In this document: positions 8,931 through 21,688 of the stretch, one piece after another
How positions within the stretch are numbered: the stretch's first letter is position 1
Layout of the letters: every line of letters begins with the position of its first letter
Source: Heteronotia binoei
Taxonomy: Eukaryota
DNA: 64,000 nucleotides
Assembly: GCF_032191835.1 (NCBI RefSeq)
Contig: NW_026800229.1
Location: 248,001-312,000 of the forward strand
Reading direction: 5' to 3'
Notes under the pieces: generated by a model
Databases searched by the model: none
Seen by the model: the letters and a program-made list of their open reading frames with translations, nothing else
What the model was told of the DNA's origin: nothing
Program-made: the position numbers and the translations under genes

Positions 8931-11900
8931 CTGTGTGGCACAGAGTGTTGCACTGGAGGGGCCACTGGCCTGATCCAACAGGGCTTCTCTTATGTTCTTA
9001 TGTGGCACAGAGTGTTGTACTGGAGGGGCCACTGGCCTGATCCAGCATGGCTTCTCTTATGTTCTTATGTGACACAGAGTGTTGGACTGGAGGGGCCATT
9101 TGCCTGATCCAACAGGGCTTCTCTTCTGTTCTTATGTGACACAGAGTGTTGGACTGGAGGGGCCACTGGCCTGATCCAACAGGGCTTCTCTTATGTTCTG
9201 ATGTGACACAGAGTGTTGGACTGGAGGGGCCATTGGCCTGATCCAACAGGACTTATCTTCTGTTCTTATGTGACACAGAGTGTTGGACTGGAGGGGCCAT
9301 TGGCCTGATCCAACAGGGCTTCTCTTCTGTTCTTATGTGACACAGAGTGTTGGACTGGATGGGCCACTGGCCTGATCCAACAGGGCTTCTCTTATGTTCT
9401 GATGTGACACAGAGTGTTGGACTGGAGGGGCCACTGGCCTGATCCAACAGGGCGTCCCTTATGTTTTTATGAGATACAGAATGTTGGACTGGATGGGCCA
9501 CTGGCCTGATCCAACATGGCTTCCCTTATGTTCTTATGTGACACAGAGTGTTGGACTGGAGGGGCCACTGGCCTGATCCAACATGGCTTCTCTTATGTTC
9601 TTATGAGGCACAGAGTGTTGGACTGGAGGGCCATTGGCCTGATCCAACAGGGCTTCTCTTATGTTCTTATGTGACACAGAGTGTTGGACTGGAGGGGCCA
9701 CTGGCCTGATCCAACAGGGCGTCCCTTATGTTTTTATGAGATACAGAATGTTGGACTGGATGGGCCACTGTCCTGATCCAACATGGCTTCCCTTATGTTC
9801 TTATGTGACACAGAGTGTTGGACTGGAGGGGCCACTGTCCTGATCCAACAGGGCTTCTCTTATGTTCTTATGTGACACAGAGTGTTGGACTGGAGGGGCC
9901 ACTGGCCTGATCCAACATGGCTTCTCTTATGTTCTTATGAGGCACAGAGTGTTGGACTGGAGGGCCATTGGCCTGATCCAACAGGGCTTCTCTTATGTTC
10001 TTATGTGACACAGAGTGTTGGACTGGAGGGGCCACTGGCCTGATCCAACAGGGCGTCCCTTATGTTTTTATGAGATACAGAATGTTGGACTGGATGGGCC
10101 ACTGGCCTGATCCAACATGGCTTCCCTTATGTTCTTATGTGACACAGAGTGTTGGACTGGAGGGGCCACTGGCCTGATCCAACAGGGCGTCCCTTATGTT
10201 TTTATGAGATACAGAATGTTGGACTGGATGGGCCACTGGCCTGATCCAACATGGCTTCCCTTATGTTCTTATGTGACACAGAGTGTTGGACTGGAGGGGC
10301 CACTGGCCTGATCCAACATGGCTTCTCTTATGTTCTTATGAGGCACAGAGTGTTGGACTGGAGGGCCATTGGCCTGATCCAACAGGGCTTCTCTTATGTT
10401 CTTATGTGACACAGAGTGTTGGACTGGAGGGGCCACTGGCCTGATCCAACAGGGCGTCCCTTATGTTTTTATGAGATACAGAATGTTGGACTGGATGGGC
10501 CACTGTCCTGATCCAACATGGCTTCCCTTATGTTCTTATGTGACACAGAGTGTTGGACTGGAGGGGCCACTGTCCTGATCCAACAGGGCTTCTCTTATGT
10601 TCTTATGTGACACAGAGTGTTGGACTGGAGGGGCCACTGGCCTGATCCAACATGGCTTCTCTTATGTTCTTATGAGGCACAGAGTGTTGGACTGGAGGGC
10701 CATTGGCCTGATCCAACAGGGCTTCTCTTATGTTCTTATGTGACACAGAGTGTTGGACTGGAGGGGCCACTGGCCTGATCCAACAGGGCGTCCCTTATGT
10801 TTTTATGAGATACAGAATGTTGGACTGGATGGGCCACTGGCCTGATCCAACATGGCTTCCCTTATGTTCTTATGTGACACAGAGTGTTGGACTGGAGGGG
10901 CCACTGGCCTGATCCAACAGGGCTTCTCTTATGTTCTTATGTGACACAGAGTGTTGGACTGGAGGGGCCACTGTCCTGATCCAACAGGGCTTCTCTTATG
11001 TTCTTATGTGACACAGAGTGTTGGACTGGAGGGGCCACTGGCCTGATCCAACAGGGCTTCTTTTATGTTCTTATGTGACACAGAGTGTTGGACTGGATGG
11101 GCCACTGGCCTGATCCAACAGGGCTTCTCTTATGTTCTGATGTGACACAGAGTGTTGGACTGGAGGGGCCACTGGCCTGATCCAACAGGGCTTCCCTTAT
11201 GTTTTTATGAGATACAGAATGTTGGACTGGATGGGCCACTGGCCTGATCCAACATGGCTTCCCTTATGTTCTTATGTGACACAGAGTGTTGGACTGGAGG
11301 GGCCACTGGCCTGATCCAACAGGGCTTCTCTTATGTTCTTATGTGACACAGAGTGTTGGACTGGAGGGGCCACTGGCCTGATCCAACAGGGCTTCTCTTA
11401 TGTTCTTATGTGACACAGAGTGTTGGACTGGAGGGGCCACTGGCCTGATCCAACAGGGCTTCACTTATGTTCTTATGTGACACAGAATGTTGGACTGGAG
11501 GGGCCATTGGCCTGATCCAACAGGGCTTCTCTTATGTTCTTATGTGACACAGAGTGGTGGACTGGAGGGGCCACTGGCCTGATCCAACAGGGCTTCTCTT
11601 ATGTTCTTATGTGACACAGAGTGTTGGACTGGAGGGGCCACTGGCCTGATCCAACAGGGCTTCTCTTATGTTCTTATGTGACACAGAGTGTTGGACTGGA
11701 GGGGCCACTGGCCTGATCCAACAGGGCTTCTCTTATGTTCTTATGAGGCACAGAGTGTTGGACTGGAGGAGCCACTGGCCTGATCCAACAGGGCTTCTCT
11801 TATGTTCTTATGTGACACAGAGTGTTGGACTGGAGGGGCCATTGGCCTGATCCAACAGGGCTTCTCTTATGTTCTTATGTGACACAGAGTGTTGGACTGG

Positions 11901-12540
11901 AGGGGCCACTGGCCTGATCCAACAGGGCTTCTCTTATGTTCTTATGTGACACAGAGTGTTGGACTGGAGGGGCCACTGGCCTGATCCAACAGGGCTTCTC
12001 TTATGTTCTTATGTGACACAGAGTGTTGGACTGGAGGGGCCACTGGCCTGATCCAACAGGGCTTCTCTTATGTTCTTATGTGACACAGAGTGTTGGACTG
12101 GAGGGGCCACTGGCCTGATCCAACAGGGCTTCTCTTATGTTCTTATGTGACACAGAGTGTTGGACTGGAGGGGCCACTGGCCTGATCCAACAGGACTTCT
12201 CTTATGTTCTTATGTGACACAGAGTGTTGGACTGGAGGGGCCACTGGCCTGATCCAACAGGGCTTCTCTTATGTTCTTATGTGACACAGAGTGTTGGACT
12301 GGAGGGGCCACTGGCCTGATCCAACAGGGCTTCTCTTATGTTCTTATGTGACACAGAGTGTTGGACTGGAGGGGCCACTGGCCTGATCCAACAGGACTTC
12401 TCTTATGTTCTTATGTGACACAGAGTGTTGGACTGGAGGGGCCACTGGCCTGATCCAACAGGGCTTCTCTTCTGTTCTTATGTGTGACACAGAGTGTTGG
12501 ACTGGAGGAGCCACTGGCCTGATCCAACAGGGCTTCTCTT
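8930..12540 (+). repeat. 67-bp tandem array of the CR1 3' terminus (~54 units) with a 735-bp higher-order duplication
   Basis: Unit TGACACAGAGTGTTGGACTGGAGGGGCCACTGGCCTGATCCAACAGGGCTTCTCTTATGTTCTTATG; diagnostic variant GGCGTCCC recurs at 9451/10186. Confidence 0.95.
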
Positions 12541-13304
12541 CTTTTCTGATAGGCTGTAATTGGCCTTCAGTGTCGGTGGATTGAAATTAAAAGAACTCTG
12601 GAAAAGCAAAGAAATATAAGTAACATTTTTGCCAAAGCACGATGTCAATGGAAGGTGCAAACTGGCCACACCCCACTCAGATGCACTATTTTGGGCTCCC
12701 GCATTTCATTGTCGTGTCTGAGCTTGTGGCTCCCCTCCTATGAATGTGCGCGAGGCTGGATTTGTGTCTACAGACCTGGCGGCTTCTCCCTCATCACGCC
12801 CGTTACTGTAATCTCTCTATTGCAGGAGCCTGGATTTGGGAGACTGTTTTAGACTGCAGCCTCGTTGGACTGCAGAGGATGAGTCCAGCAGCGCTTTTGA
12901 GAATAAGATTTTTTTTTGGGGGGGGGAGGGGATCTGAGCTGTCAAGAGTCCAAGCTACACGAGGAGTAGTGGAGATCTGAGCCCTCCCCCCTCCAACCTT
13001 TCCCCTCCGCTCCAAGCCATCTGAAGGTCAGGGGCCTGCTGTCTCTGCACCTTTTGCAAGCATCCTCTCTAGCACCTCTCCCACCTTCTGCCAGGGATAA
13101 AAAGACACAGAGATTGCCCTTGCTACTCCACTTATGTGGCGCTTGGACTCTCGAAAGCTCTCCTCCTGAAACTCCTGTGGGTCTCTAAGGGGCCCCTGGA
13201 CCCATATCTAACTGGATATGGGAAGGAAATACTCCGGAGGAGCCCAGGTGGGGATTCTGCTGCCATCTACAAACAGAGCGGACAAACAAGACAGAAGGAA
13301 AAGG

Positions 13305-13598
13305 AAAGGTCCCCTGTGCAAGCACCAGTCGTTTCCGACTCTGAGGTGACGTTGCTTTCACAACGTTTTCACAGCAGACTTTTTACGGGGTGGTTTGCCC
13401 TTGCCTTCCCCAGTCATCTCCACTTTCCCCCCAGCAAGCTGGGGACTCCTTTGACCAACCTCAGAAGGATGGAAGGCTGAGTCAACCTCGAGCTGGCTAC
13501 CTGAAAACCCAGCTTCCGTCGAGGATTGAACTCAGGTCATGAGCAGAGTTTAGGACTGCAGTACTGCAGCTTTAACACTCTGCGCCACGGGGCTCTGC
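13305..13598 (-). mobile_element. Sauria SINE
   Basis: Reverse strand begins AGAGCCCCGTGGCGCAGAGTGTTAAAGCTGCAG (tRNA head) and contains GGTTGACTCAGCCTTCCATCC and the GTGCTTGCACAGGGGACC tail. Confidence 0.8.
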
Positions 13599-14104
13599 AA
13601 GACAGAAGGACCACGGTGTAATTGTTGTGCAACAAAAAACCAATAGCACTGTGTAAATATTATCCCATCAAAGAGCTGGAAAGACAATATTTGTATTTTA
13701 ATAATTACTATCAAGATACAAGAATTCAAAAAATTCACAATATGATGCAGAATGCAGACACTGCAGAGTTGCAGCATTGAAAATACAAACAAGTAGAGCC
13801 TTGTAAGACTACGAGGACTGGTATAATCTCGTTTCTGCCTGCCCCCCTCTGGTCCAGTTACTTTTATATACTGTAGAACAAGGTGTAATAAACCTCATAT
13901 ATTTCTCATAGATGGACAGCACTTAGATGAGATGAGGGAATCACCAATCAAAGTGGAATCAAGTCAACTGTGAATTTCTGCAAGTGGGATACCACATTTG
14001 AAAGGCTGAAACCTTGATTGGGAATACAGCAGAATATGCTCCATTTGTAGATGGCAGCAGAATTTTCTACATTTTTAATCACCTCTTTGATGGGATTCTA
14101 TTTA

Positions 14105-14395
14105 TGTGGTGCAGAGTGGTCAGCTGCCGTACTGGACTCCAAGCTCTGCTCATGACCTGAATTTGATCCCTGTGGAAGCTGGGTTCAGGTAGCCGGTTCA
14201 AGGTTGACTCAGCTGTCCATCCTTTTGAAGTCGATCAAATGAGCACCCAGCTTGCTGGGGGGAAAGCGTAGATGACTGGGGAAGGCAAGGGAAAATCACT
14301 CCATTAGTCTGCCAAGAAAACGTTGGGATGTGATGTCATCCCTTGAGTCAGTAACAACTGGGTGCTTGCACAGGGGACTACCTTTACCGTTTTTT
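14105..14395 (+). mobile_element. Sauria SINE
   Basis: GTGGTGCAGAGTGG head, GGTTGACTCAGCTGTCCATCC core, GTGCTTGCACAGGGGACTACCTTTAC tail. Confidence 0.8.
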
Positions 14396-14429
14396 ACTAG
14401 TCCTTGGATCCATGAATGGAGGCTGGAAG

Positions 14430-14780
14430 TGATGATGATGATATTGGATTTATATCCCGCCCTCCACTCCGAAGAGTCTCAGAGCGGCTCACAATCTCCT
14501 TTCCCTTCCTCCCCCACAACAGACACCATGTGAGGTGGGTGGGGCTGGAGAGGGCTCTCACAGCAGCTGCCCTTTCAAGGACAACCTCTGCCAGAGCTAT
14601 GGCTGACCCAAGGCCATTCCAGCAGGTGCAAGTGGAGGAGTGGAGAATCAAACCCGGTTCTCCCAGATAAGAGAGCTCTGGCTGACCCAAGGCCATAGCC
14701 GCAACTCAAGCAGAAGAATGGGGGATCAAACCCGGTTCTCCCAGATAAGAGTCCGCACACTTAACCACTACACCCAACAT
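14430..14780 (-). mobile_element. Squam3-type SINE with a partial internal duplication
   Basis: Reverse complement of SINE; AAACCCGGTTCTCCCAGATAAGAG occurs twice. Confidence 0.8.
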
Positions 14781-15291
14781 TGCAAGAAGAATCATCCCCA
14801 AACCAGGGGGCAGTGTGTGTGTCTCCATGAGCACTAAAGACCAGCTCTTGCAAACGAGGGGAGCTGTTGGTGTAAGTTTGCTGAACTCCTTATGACTCGG
14901 GGAGGGAAGATGCAGAATTAGGGATCAGCCATTTTTCTCCAGGCCAGTTTGGCTAGGGATCCTGGAGGGTTTTGCCATCTTCTGGGCATGGAACTGGGGT
15001 CACTTGGGATGTATGCGTGTGTGTGTGGGGGGGGTGGGGAAGGCATTTGTGACGTTCCTGTGTTGTGCAGGGGGCCCCTTCCAGCTCTATGTTTCTAGGA
15101 GACCAAGTGGGGGTTCAGCTTGGATCAGCAGCTCAGATCTCCTGGAGCCCTTTTCTCTGCCCGGCACGTATCTGTTGCTCAGACAGATGGGCAAGGGACT
15201 TTAGAGAGAAGGGGGCGGGAGAAATCTCTCTAGGCATTTGCAGGATTTTTCAATAAGGTGTTTTCACACCTCCAGGTTGTGCAGCTGCAGC

Positions 15292-16248
15292 ATGGCCCTC
15301 TCCAACCAGACAGAGGACAGCCCCCTGCTCTTCATTCTGAGGGACATCCCTGGACTGGGCTCCGCACATCGCTGGCTGGTGATCCCGCTGGGCTCCCTGT
15401 ACCTCGTCTCCTTTGTGGGGAACGGCACCATTCTGGGCCTGGTCTGGGCCGAGCGGGGCCTCCACGCGCCCATGTACCTCTTCCTGTGCATGCTGGCCCT
15501 GGCCGACCTGGGCCTTTCGGCCTCCACTCTCCCCTCCATGCTGAGCGTCTTCCTGCTTCGCTCCAGAGTGGTGGCGGCTGAGGCCTGCTTCGCCCAGCTC
15601 TTCTCCATCCATACTTTCTCTGTCATCGAGTCGGCTGTGCTCTTAGCGATGGCCTTTGATCGCTTTGTGGCCATCTGGAACCCTCTGAGGTACACCTCCA
15701 TTTTGACCAGCTCTACGGTGACTAAGATGGGGGCGGCCATTGTTCTCCGAAGTGTCAGCCTCCACCTTCCTCTGCCCTTCATGCTGAGGGAGCTCAGATA
15801 CGGCAAGGCCAAGGGACTTTCTCATTCCTACTGTGTCCATCCAGACGTCCTCAAGCTAGCCTGCGTGGACACACGCGTGAACAGCGCCTATGGTCTTTTC
15901 GTGCTGCTCTCCACGCTCGGGCTGGACTTTCTCCTCATCCTCCTTTCCTACGCCATGATCCTGAAGATGGTGCTGAGCCTGGCTGCCTGGCGGGAGCGCC
16001 TCAAGGCCCTCAACACCTGCGTCTCCCACATCTGTGCCGTCCTCCTCTTTTATACCCCCCTGCTGAGCCTCTCCATGATCCACCGCTTTGGGAAGAAAAT
16101 GCCCCCGCAGGTCTACCTGCTTCTGTCCTACCTCCACTTCCTCCTACCCCCGGTGCTCAACCCAGTGATCTACAGCGTGAAGACCAAGGAGATCCGGCGA
16201 CGAGTCTGCGGGATGTTCCAGCACAAAGGTCGGGGATTCAGGCTCTGA
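15292..16248 (+). CDS. Class I olfactory receptor, family 51-like, intact single coding exon (318 aa)
   Basis: MALSNQT (N-glycosylation site), LHAPMYLFLCMLALADL, MAFDRFVAIWNPLRY, SHSYCVHPDVLKLAC, KALNTCVSHICAV, PPVLNPVIYSVKTKEIR. Acceptor-like TTTTCACACCTCCAG ends at 15275, so 15292 is more likely the start than the ORF-track start 15238. Confidence 0.95.
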   Translation: MALSNQTEDSPLLFILRDIPGLGSAHRWLVIPLGSLYLVSFVGNGTILGLVWAERGLHAPMYLFLCMLALADLGLSASTLPSMLSVFLLRSRVVAAEACFAQLFSIHTFSVIESAVLLAMAFDRFVAIWNPLRYTSILTSSTVTKMGAAIVLRSVSLHLPLPFMLRELRYGKAKGLSHSYCVHPDVLKLACVDTRVNSAYGLFVLLSTLGLDFLLILLSYAMILKMVLSLAAWRERLKALNTCVSHICAVLLFYTPLLSLSMIHRFGKKMPPQVYLLLSYLHFLLPPVLNPVIYSVKTKEIRRRVCGMFQHKGRGFRL

Positions 16249-17897
16249 TTCCAAAAGTGGATTTGAAGGGGTGGGGGGAGGGTAAGCTCTTTGGAGCTGC
16301 CTCCATTTGCTGCACAGCTGACCGAGAAATGCCTTCTGCCCTAGACATCAATATTCCAGCAAATCCAAAAGTGGATTTGAAGGGGTTGCGGGGGTGGTGG
16401 TAAACTCTTTGGACCTGCCTCCACTTGCTGTTTGCTGCCCAGCTGACAGAGAAACGCCTTCTGCCCGAGAGATCCTATCAATATTCCAGCAATTCAAAGC
16501 TGGCCAGCAGGGAAAGTATCCGGCCCAAGTTGCTGTTCTTCAAGCATCATGCGCTTTAGGGCTCAGGCTGGGGAGATGTAGGTTGACCCCCTCCTGACAC
16601 TCCGGCTACCCTTATACTTCCAAGAGAAAGCCTGAAGAGCAGGATGTGGCCAGGAAGCACCAACCCTCTCTCCGGGCGGACGGGCCTGCCCCCTTTGCCA
16701 GCCCGTGCAGAGAGGGGTTGGTTTCCTTTGCATTTCCCTCAGTGACCTCATCATTCTTTGAACTCTACACTGAGGCTATCATACTTCAGTTGCATTAGAA
16801 GACGAGCGTCGCAGGAAAAGACAATCGTGCTGGGAACAGAGGAAGGCCCCACATGTGGAATGCACTGCCAGAGGAAGTTGGGAGGGCCACAGCAACAAAC
16901 AGCTTTAAAAGGGGATTGGATGGATTCATGGAGGATGTCTTCCGGTGGCTCCTAGCCATCGAGACTGAGGGCAACCTCCACCTTCAGGCACTCAGCCTCT
17001 GAATCCCAAAGCCTGGAGGAAGGCCTCAGCCTGTGCCCTGCCTGGTGGAATGAGCTCCGGGCCCTGCGGGATCTGCTCCAGTTCCACAGAGCTCTTTTTG
17101 CCAGGCTTTCAGCGGAGGCAGTGGGCAGCACTTGTTACCAGCCTCCCCCCTTCATTTCCCCCCAGGGCTGTCAGATCTGCTGGACCCGGACAAGAGGCCA
17201 TGGCTGGGAGGCAGAACCTGCCAGTTTAGTCATTCTGTAGTTTTAGATGTTATATATTTAAGTTGGTCTTTTATTGTCTTTATGATGTAACCTGCCCTGA
17301 GCCTGTCCTGCGGGAAGCGCAGGCTAAACAATCAAGTGGTTGACCGCTGTATGAGACAGGCTCTAGTCCAGCTGTCTCTGCCCTATGGTTGGCTGTTCTG
17401 GGGAACTGATTAGCCCCTCCCTGCGTGAAAGAGGAGGCTGGACCCCCACTAGTCTGATCCTGTCTGATGCTCTGGTGACATGGGCTGACTGAATCAAGGA
17501 AACCAGAGGGGCCCTCCGTTGAGCCAGGCTGCAGAACGAGAGCACAAAGTCCCTATGAGTCAGAAGCAGCTTGGTTGCACCTAACACACAGCCACGTATG
17601 GTAATTGTCTTGCATGTGGTTTAACTGGTTTTAAATCCTTTTAGTGATGTACATTCAGGAGAGAGGTTGATTGTAATGGTTCTAAAAAGTGATATCTTCA
17701 CTGAATCACGGAATTAGAAGGGACCTCCAGAGTCATCCAGTCCAACCCCTTGCACAATGCAGGAAACTCACAAGTACCTCCCCCTGCTCTCTTTCATATG
17801 ATCAAAGTTCACAATATATCGTGTATGCTTTAAATTAGAATCCTAAAGTTGGAGGGGATCATACAGACCATCTAGTCCCACTGGTAGTTTTCAGCTG

Positions 17898-20008
17898 GTA
17901 AGAACCTAAGAGAAGCCCTGTTGGATCAGGCCAATGGCCCCTCCAGTCCAACACTCTGTGACACATAAGAACATAAGAGAAGCCCTGTTGGATCAGGCCA
18001 ATGGCCCCTCCAGTCCAACACTCTGTGTCACATAAGAACATAAGAGAAGCCCTGTTGGATCAGGCCAGTGGCCCCTCCAGTCCAACACTCTGTGTCACAT
18101 AAGAACATAAGAGAAGCCCTGTTGGATCAGGCCAATGGCCCCTCCAGTCCAACACTCTGTGTCACATAAGAACATACGAGAAGCCATGTTGGATGAGGCC
18201 AGTGGCCCCTCCAGTCCAACACTCTGTGTCACATAAGAACATAAGAGAAGCCCTGTTGGATCAGGCCAATGGCCCCTCCAGTCCAACACTCTGTGACACA
18301 TAAGAACATAAGAGAAGCCCTGTTGGATCAGGCCAGTAGCCCATCCAGTCCAACACTCTGTGTCACATAAGAACATAAGAGAAGCCCTGTTGGATCAGGC
18401 CAATGGCCCATCCAGTCCAACACTCTGTGTCACTTAAGAACATAAGAGAAGCCCTGTTGGATCAGGCCAGTGGCCCCTCCAGCCCACACTCTGTGTCACA
18501 TAAGAACCTAAGAGAAGCCCTGTTGGATCAGGCCAGTGGCCCCTCCAGTCCAACACTCTGTGTCACATAAGAACCTAAGAGAAGCCATGTTGGATCAGGC
18601 CAGTGGCCCCTCCAGTCCAACACTCTGTGTCACATAAGAACAGAAGAGAAGCCATGTTGGATCAGGCCAGTGGCCCCTCCAGTCCAACACTCTGTGTCAC
18701 ATAAGAACAGAAGAGAAGCCATGTTGGATCAGGCCAGTGGCCCCTCCAGTCCAACACTCTGTGTCACATAAGAACATAAGAGAAGCCCTGTTGGATCAGG
18801 CCAATGGCCCCTCCAGTCCAACACTCTGTGTCACATAAGAACATACGAGAAGCCATGTTGGATGAGGCCAGTGGCCCCTCCAGTCCAACACTCTGTGACA
18901 CATAAGAACATAAGAGAAGCCCTGTTGGATCAGGCCAGTAGCCCATCCAGTCCAACACTCTGTGTCACATAAGAACATAAGAGAAGCCCTGTTGGATCAG
19001 GCCAATGGCCCCTCCAGTCCAACACTCTGTGTCACATAAGAACATACGAGAAGCCATGTTGGATGAAGCCAGTGGCCCCTCCAGTCCAACACTCTGTGTC
19101 ACATAAGAACATAAGAGAAGCCCTGTTGGATCAGGCCAATGGCCCCTCCAGTCCAACACTCTGTGTCACATAAGAACATAAGAGAAGCCCTGTTGGATCA
19201 GGCCAATGGCCCCTCCAGTCCAACACTCTGTGACACATAAGAACATAAGAGAAGCCCTGTTGGATCAGGCCAGTAGCCCATCCAGTCCAACACTCTGTGT
19301 CACATAAGAACATAAGAGAAGCCCTGTTGGATCAGGCCAATGGCCCATCCAGTCCAACACTCTGTGTCACATAAGAACATAAGAAAAGCCCTGTTGGATC
19401 AGGCCAATGGCCCATCCAGTCCAACACTCTGTGTCACTTAAGAACATAAGAGAAGCCCTGTTGGATCAGGCCAGTGGCCCCTCCAGCCCACACTCTGTGT
19501 CACATAAGAACCTAAGAGAAGCCCTGTTGGATCAGGCCAGTGGCCCCTCCAGTCCAACACTCGGTGTCACATAAGAACCTAAGAGAAGCCATGTTGGATC
19601 AGGCCAGTGGCCCCTCCAGTCCAACACTCTGTGTCACATAAGAACCTAAGAGAAGCCATGTTGGATCAGGCCAGTGGCCCCTCCAGTCCAACACTCTGTG
19701 TCACATAAGAACATAAGAGAAGCCCTGTTGGATCAGGCCAGTGGCCCCTCCAGTCCAACACTCTGTGTCACAGAAGAACATAAGAGAAGCCCTGTTGGAT
19801 CAGGCCAGTGGTCCCTCCAGTCCAACACTCTGTGTCACATAAGAACATAAGAGAAGCCCTGTTGGATCAGGCCAGTGGCCCCTCCAGTCCAACACTCTGT
19901 GTCACATAAGAACATAAGAGAAGCCCTGTTGGATCAGGCCAATGGCCCCTCCAGTCCAACACTCTGTGTCACATAAGAACATGAGAAGCCATGTTGGATC
20001 AGGCCAGT
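17898..20008 (-). repeat. 67-bp CR1-3'-end tandem array (~31 units), no CR1 body attached
   Basis: Reverse-complement unit CATAAGAACATAAGAGAAGCCCTGTTGGATCAGGCCAGTGGCCCCTCCAGTCCAACACTCTGTGTCA. Confidence 0.95.
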
Positions 20009-20009
20009 G

Positions 20010-20255
20010 AGAAATCAAGAGTTTCCCGCTCAACATGAGGAGGAACTTCCTGTTAAGAGTGGTTCCTCAGTAGAGCAGGCTTCCTCGGGAGGTGGTGGGC
20101 TCTCCTTCCTTGGAGCTTTTTAAGCAGAGGCTAGATGGCCATCTGACAGCAATGCAGAACCTGTGAATTTAGGGGAAGTTTTGTGAGTTTCCTGCATTGT
20201 GCAGGGGGCTGGACTAGATGACCCTGGAGGTCCCCTTCCAACTCTATGATTCTAT
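20010..20255 (+). mobile_element. 3' end of a second CR1 family
   Basis: ...GGACTAGATGACCCTGGAGGTCCCCTTCCAACTCTATGATTCTAT, the classic CR1 3' terminus. Confidence 0.85.
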
Positions 20256-21688
20256 AATCCCTAAATTCCACTAACTGGGTACCCTAACTCAAGGGTACTC
20301 GATTAGCCTGCTAGGATCAGTACAGACAAAAGGAAGTTCTTATTTAAATTTATTAAAACGTGGCATTTGTCACCTCTGGCTGTAGTAATAGCCACAAATA
20401 GGGGTTACAGACAAGATTCATGGGTATAACTGAAGTGGTAAAGGGAACCTCCTTCACTTCGAATCACCAATTCATATGTAAACATGGGTCAAGCATCCCC
20501 CATATTTGCATACAAATGTAAATATGAATTGGTGATGAAAAACTGAGAGGCTGCTGGGTTCTATCCTGATGCTTCTGAAACAGGAAATCTGAAAGAACTC
20601 AAAGATTAAGACTATCCGATCCTGAGAAATACTTTTTTTTTCAAAATGGATGTTACCAGGACTTTTGTAGATAACAAAGTTGGAGTTTTGTAGCACCTTT
20701 AACACCAACAAAGTTTTATTTAGAACGTCAGCTTTCGTGTGCTAAGAGAAGAACGGCTTACGGAAAAATTATTTATGTGGAATTTGAGAATACTGGATTT
20801 AACTGAGTTGAACTTTTGATATGATGTGGCTACTTACGTGAGAAGAGTATTTTTGTATACTTTATTTACTAAAACCATCAGTTCTGCAGTTGAACTGTTG
20901 ACACTTCTTTCTAAAACAACACAGAAATATATTGTGATGAGCACGGAGTGCCTGACTATGCTGTGGGCAGCTCCCCTGTTCCCAGGCCTTGGCCTCTTGT
21001 GGCTGCAGGGGAGGCAGGAGACGAGGAGCCCCACCGGCCCGCTCTGAGAGAGCAGCAGAGGTTCAACACCCCCCCCCCCAGTGGAGCCAGGGCTGGGCTG
21101 GAGAGGTCTCCCGTCATCTGACTGGCTCCAGCGGCAGCCCCCGGAGAAGGGCCAGTTGCTGTGGCCTCAGCACATCGTCCCCCCTGGCTCAGCAGCGGCA
21201 GCAGCTCAAGCAGAGAAGGGTCTCTCCTGTCTCCTGGGAGCTGAACTGCAACTTTAATGCAAAACTTACAAAATGTAGAGTCACAAACCGTGTGGGGCAG
21301 CACTTGAACCCAAAAGCAACAGGTCAAACACGGATGCAGCTGTCAGCTAAAAACAGGCAAGGGGGGGGGGAAGAGCCCCCCTTCCTTGCAGCTGGGGGCC
21401 CAATTCAGGAAGAACCCAGAACTGCAGGAAGAGTGGGCTCAGCGAAAGTGCTGGATCTGGCCCAGTGGAGGCAAACCCCAAAGGCAGGCGGGGAAGCTGT
21501 CGCTGCCTCCCCCACGGAACACAAGGTGCCCCCTCCCACACCCGCGAGAAAACAAACGGCAGCAAGGAGCATGTCTCCTTGAACAATTGTACATTACAAT
21601 TTTGAAAAAAACAGAAAGAAAAGCAGAGCCCGGGCAGGCGGGCTGTGGTCCCAGGAGAAGCAGGCCCCCCACCCAGGCAAGGCAGGTC

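Noticed and set aside
9661-11850. Many 60-100 aa ORFs such as [20 protein letters not shown]
   Set aside because: Chance translations of the 67-bp satellite using non-ATG or repeat-borne starts.
8930-12540. CRISPR-like regularly spaced repeats
   Set aside because: Units are near-identical head-to-tail with no unique spacers, equal the CR1 3' end, and the DNA is eukaryotic.
15238-15291. ORF-track N-terminal extension of the OR (336 aa)
   Set aside because: Starts at a non-ATG codon and spans a splice-acceptor-like tract; ATG at 15292 gives a normal OR N-terminus.
20833-20915. Exon-like segment on the minus strand (TTTTAG...|GTAAGT, RSVNSSTAELMVLVNKVYKNTLL)
   Set aside because: Lies beyond the CDCA8 stop in AT-rich DNA, with no recognisable protein match and no partner exons.
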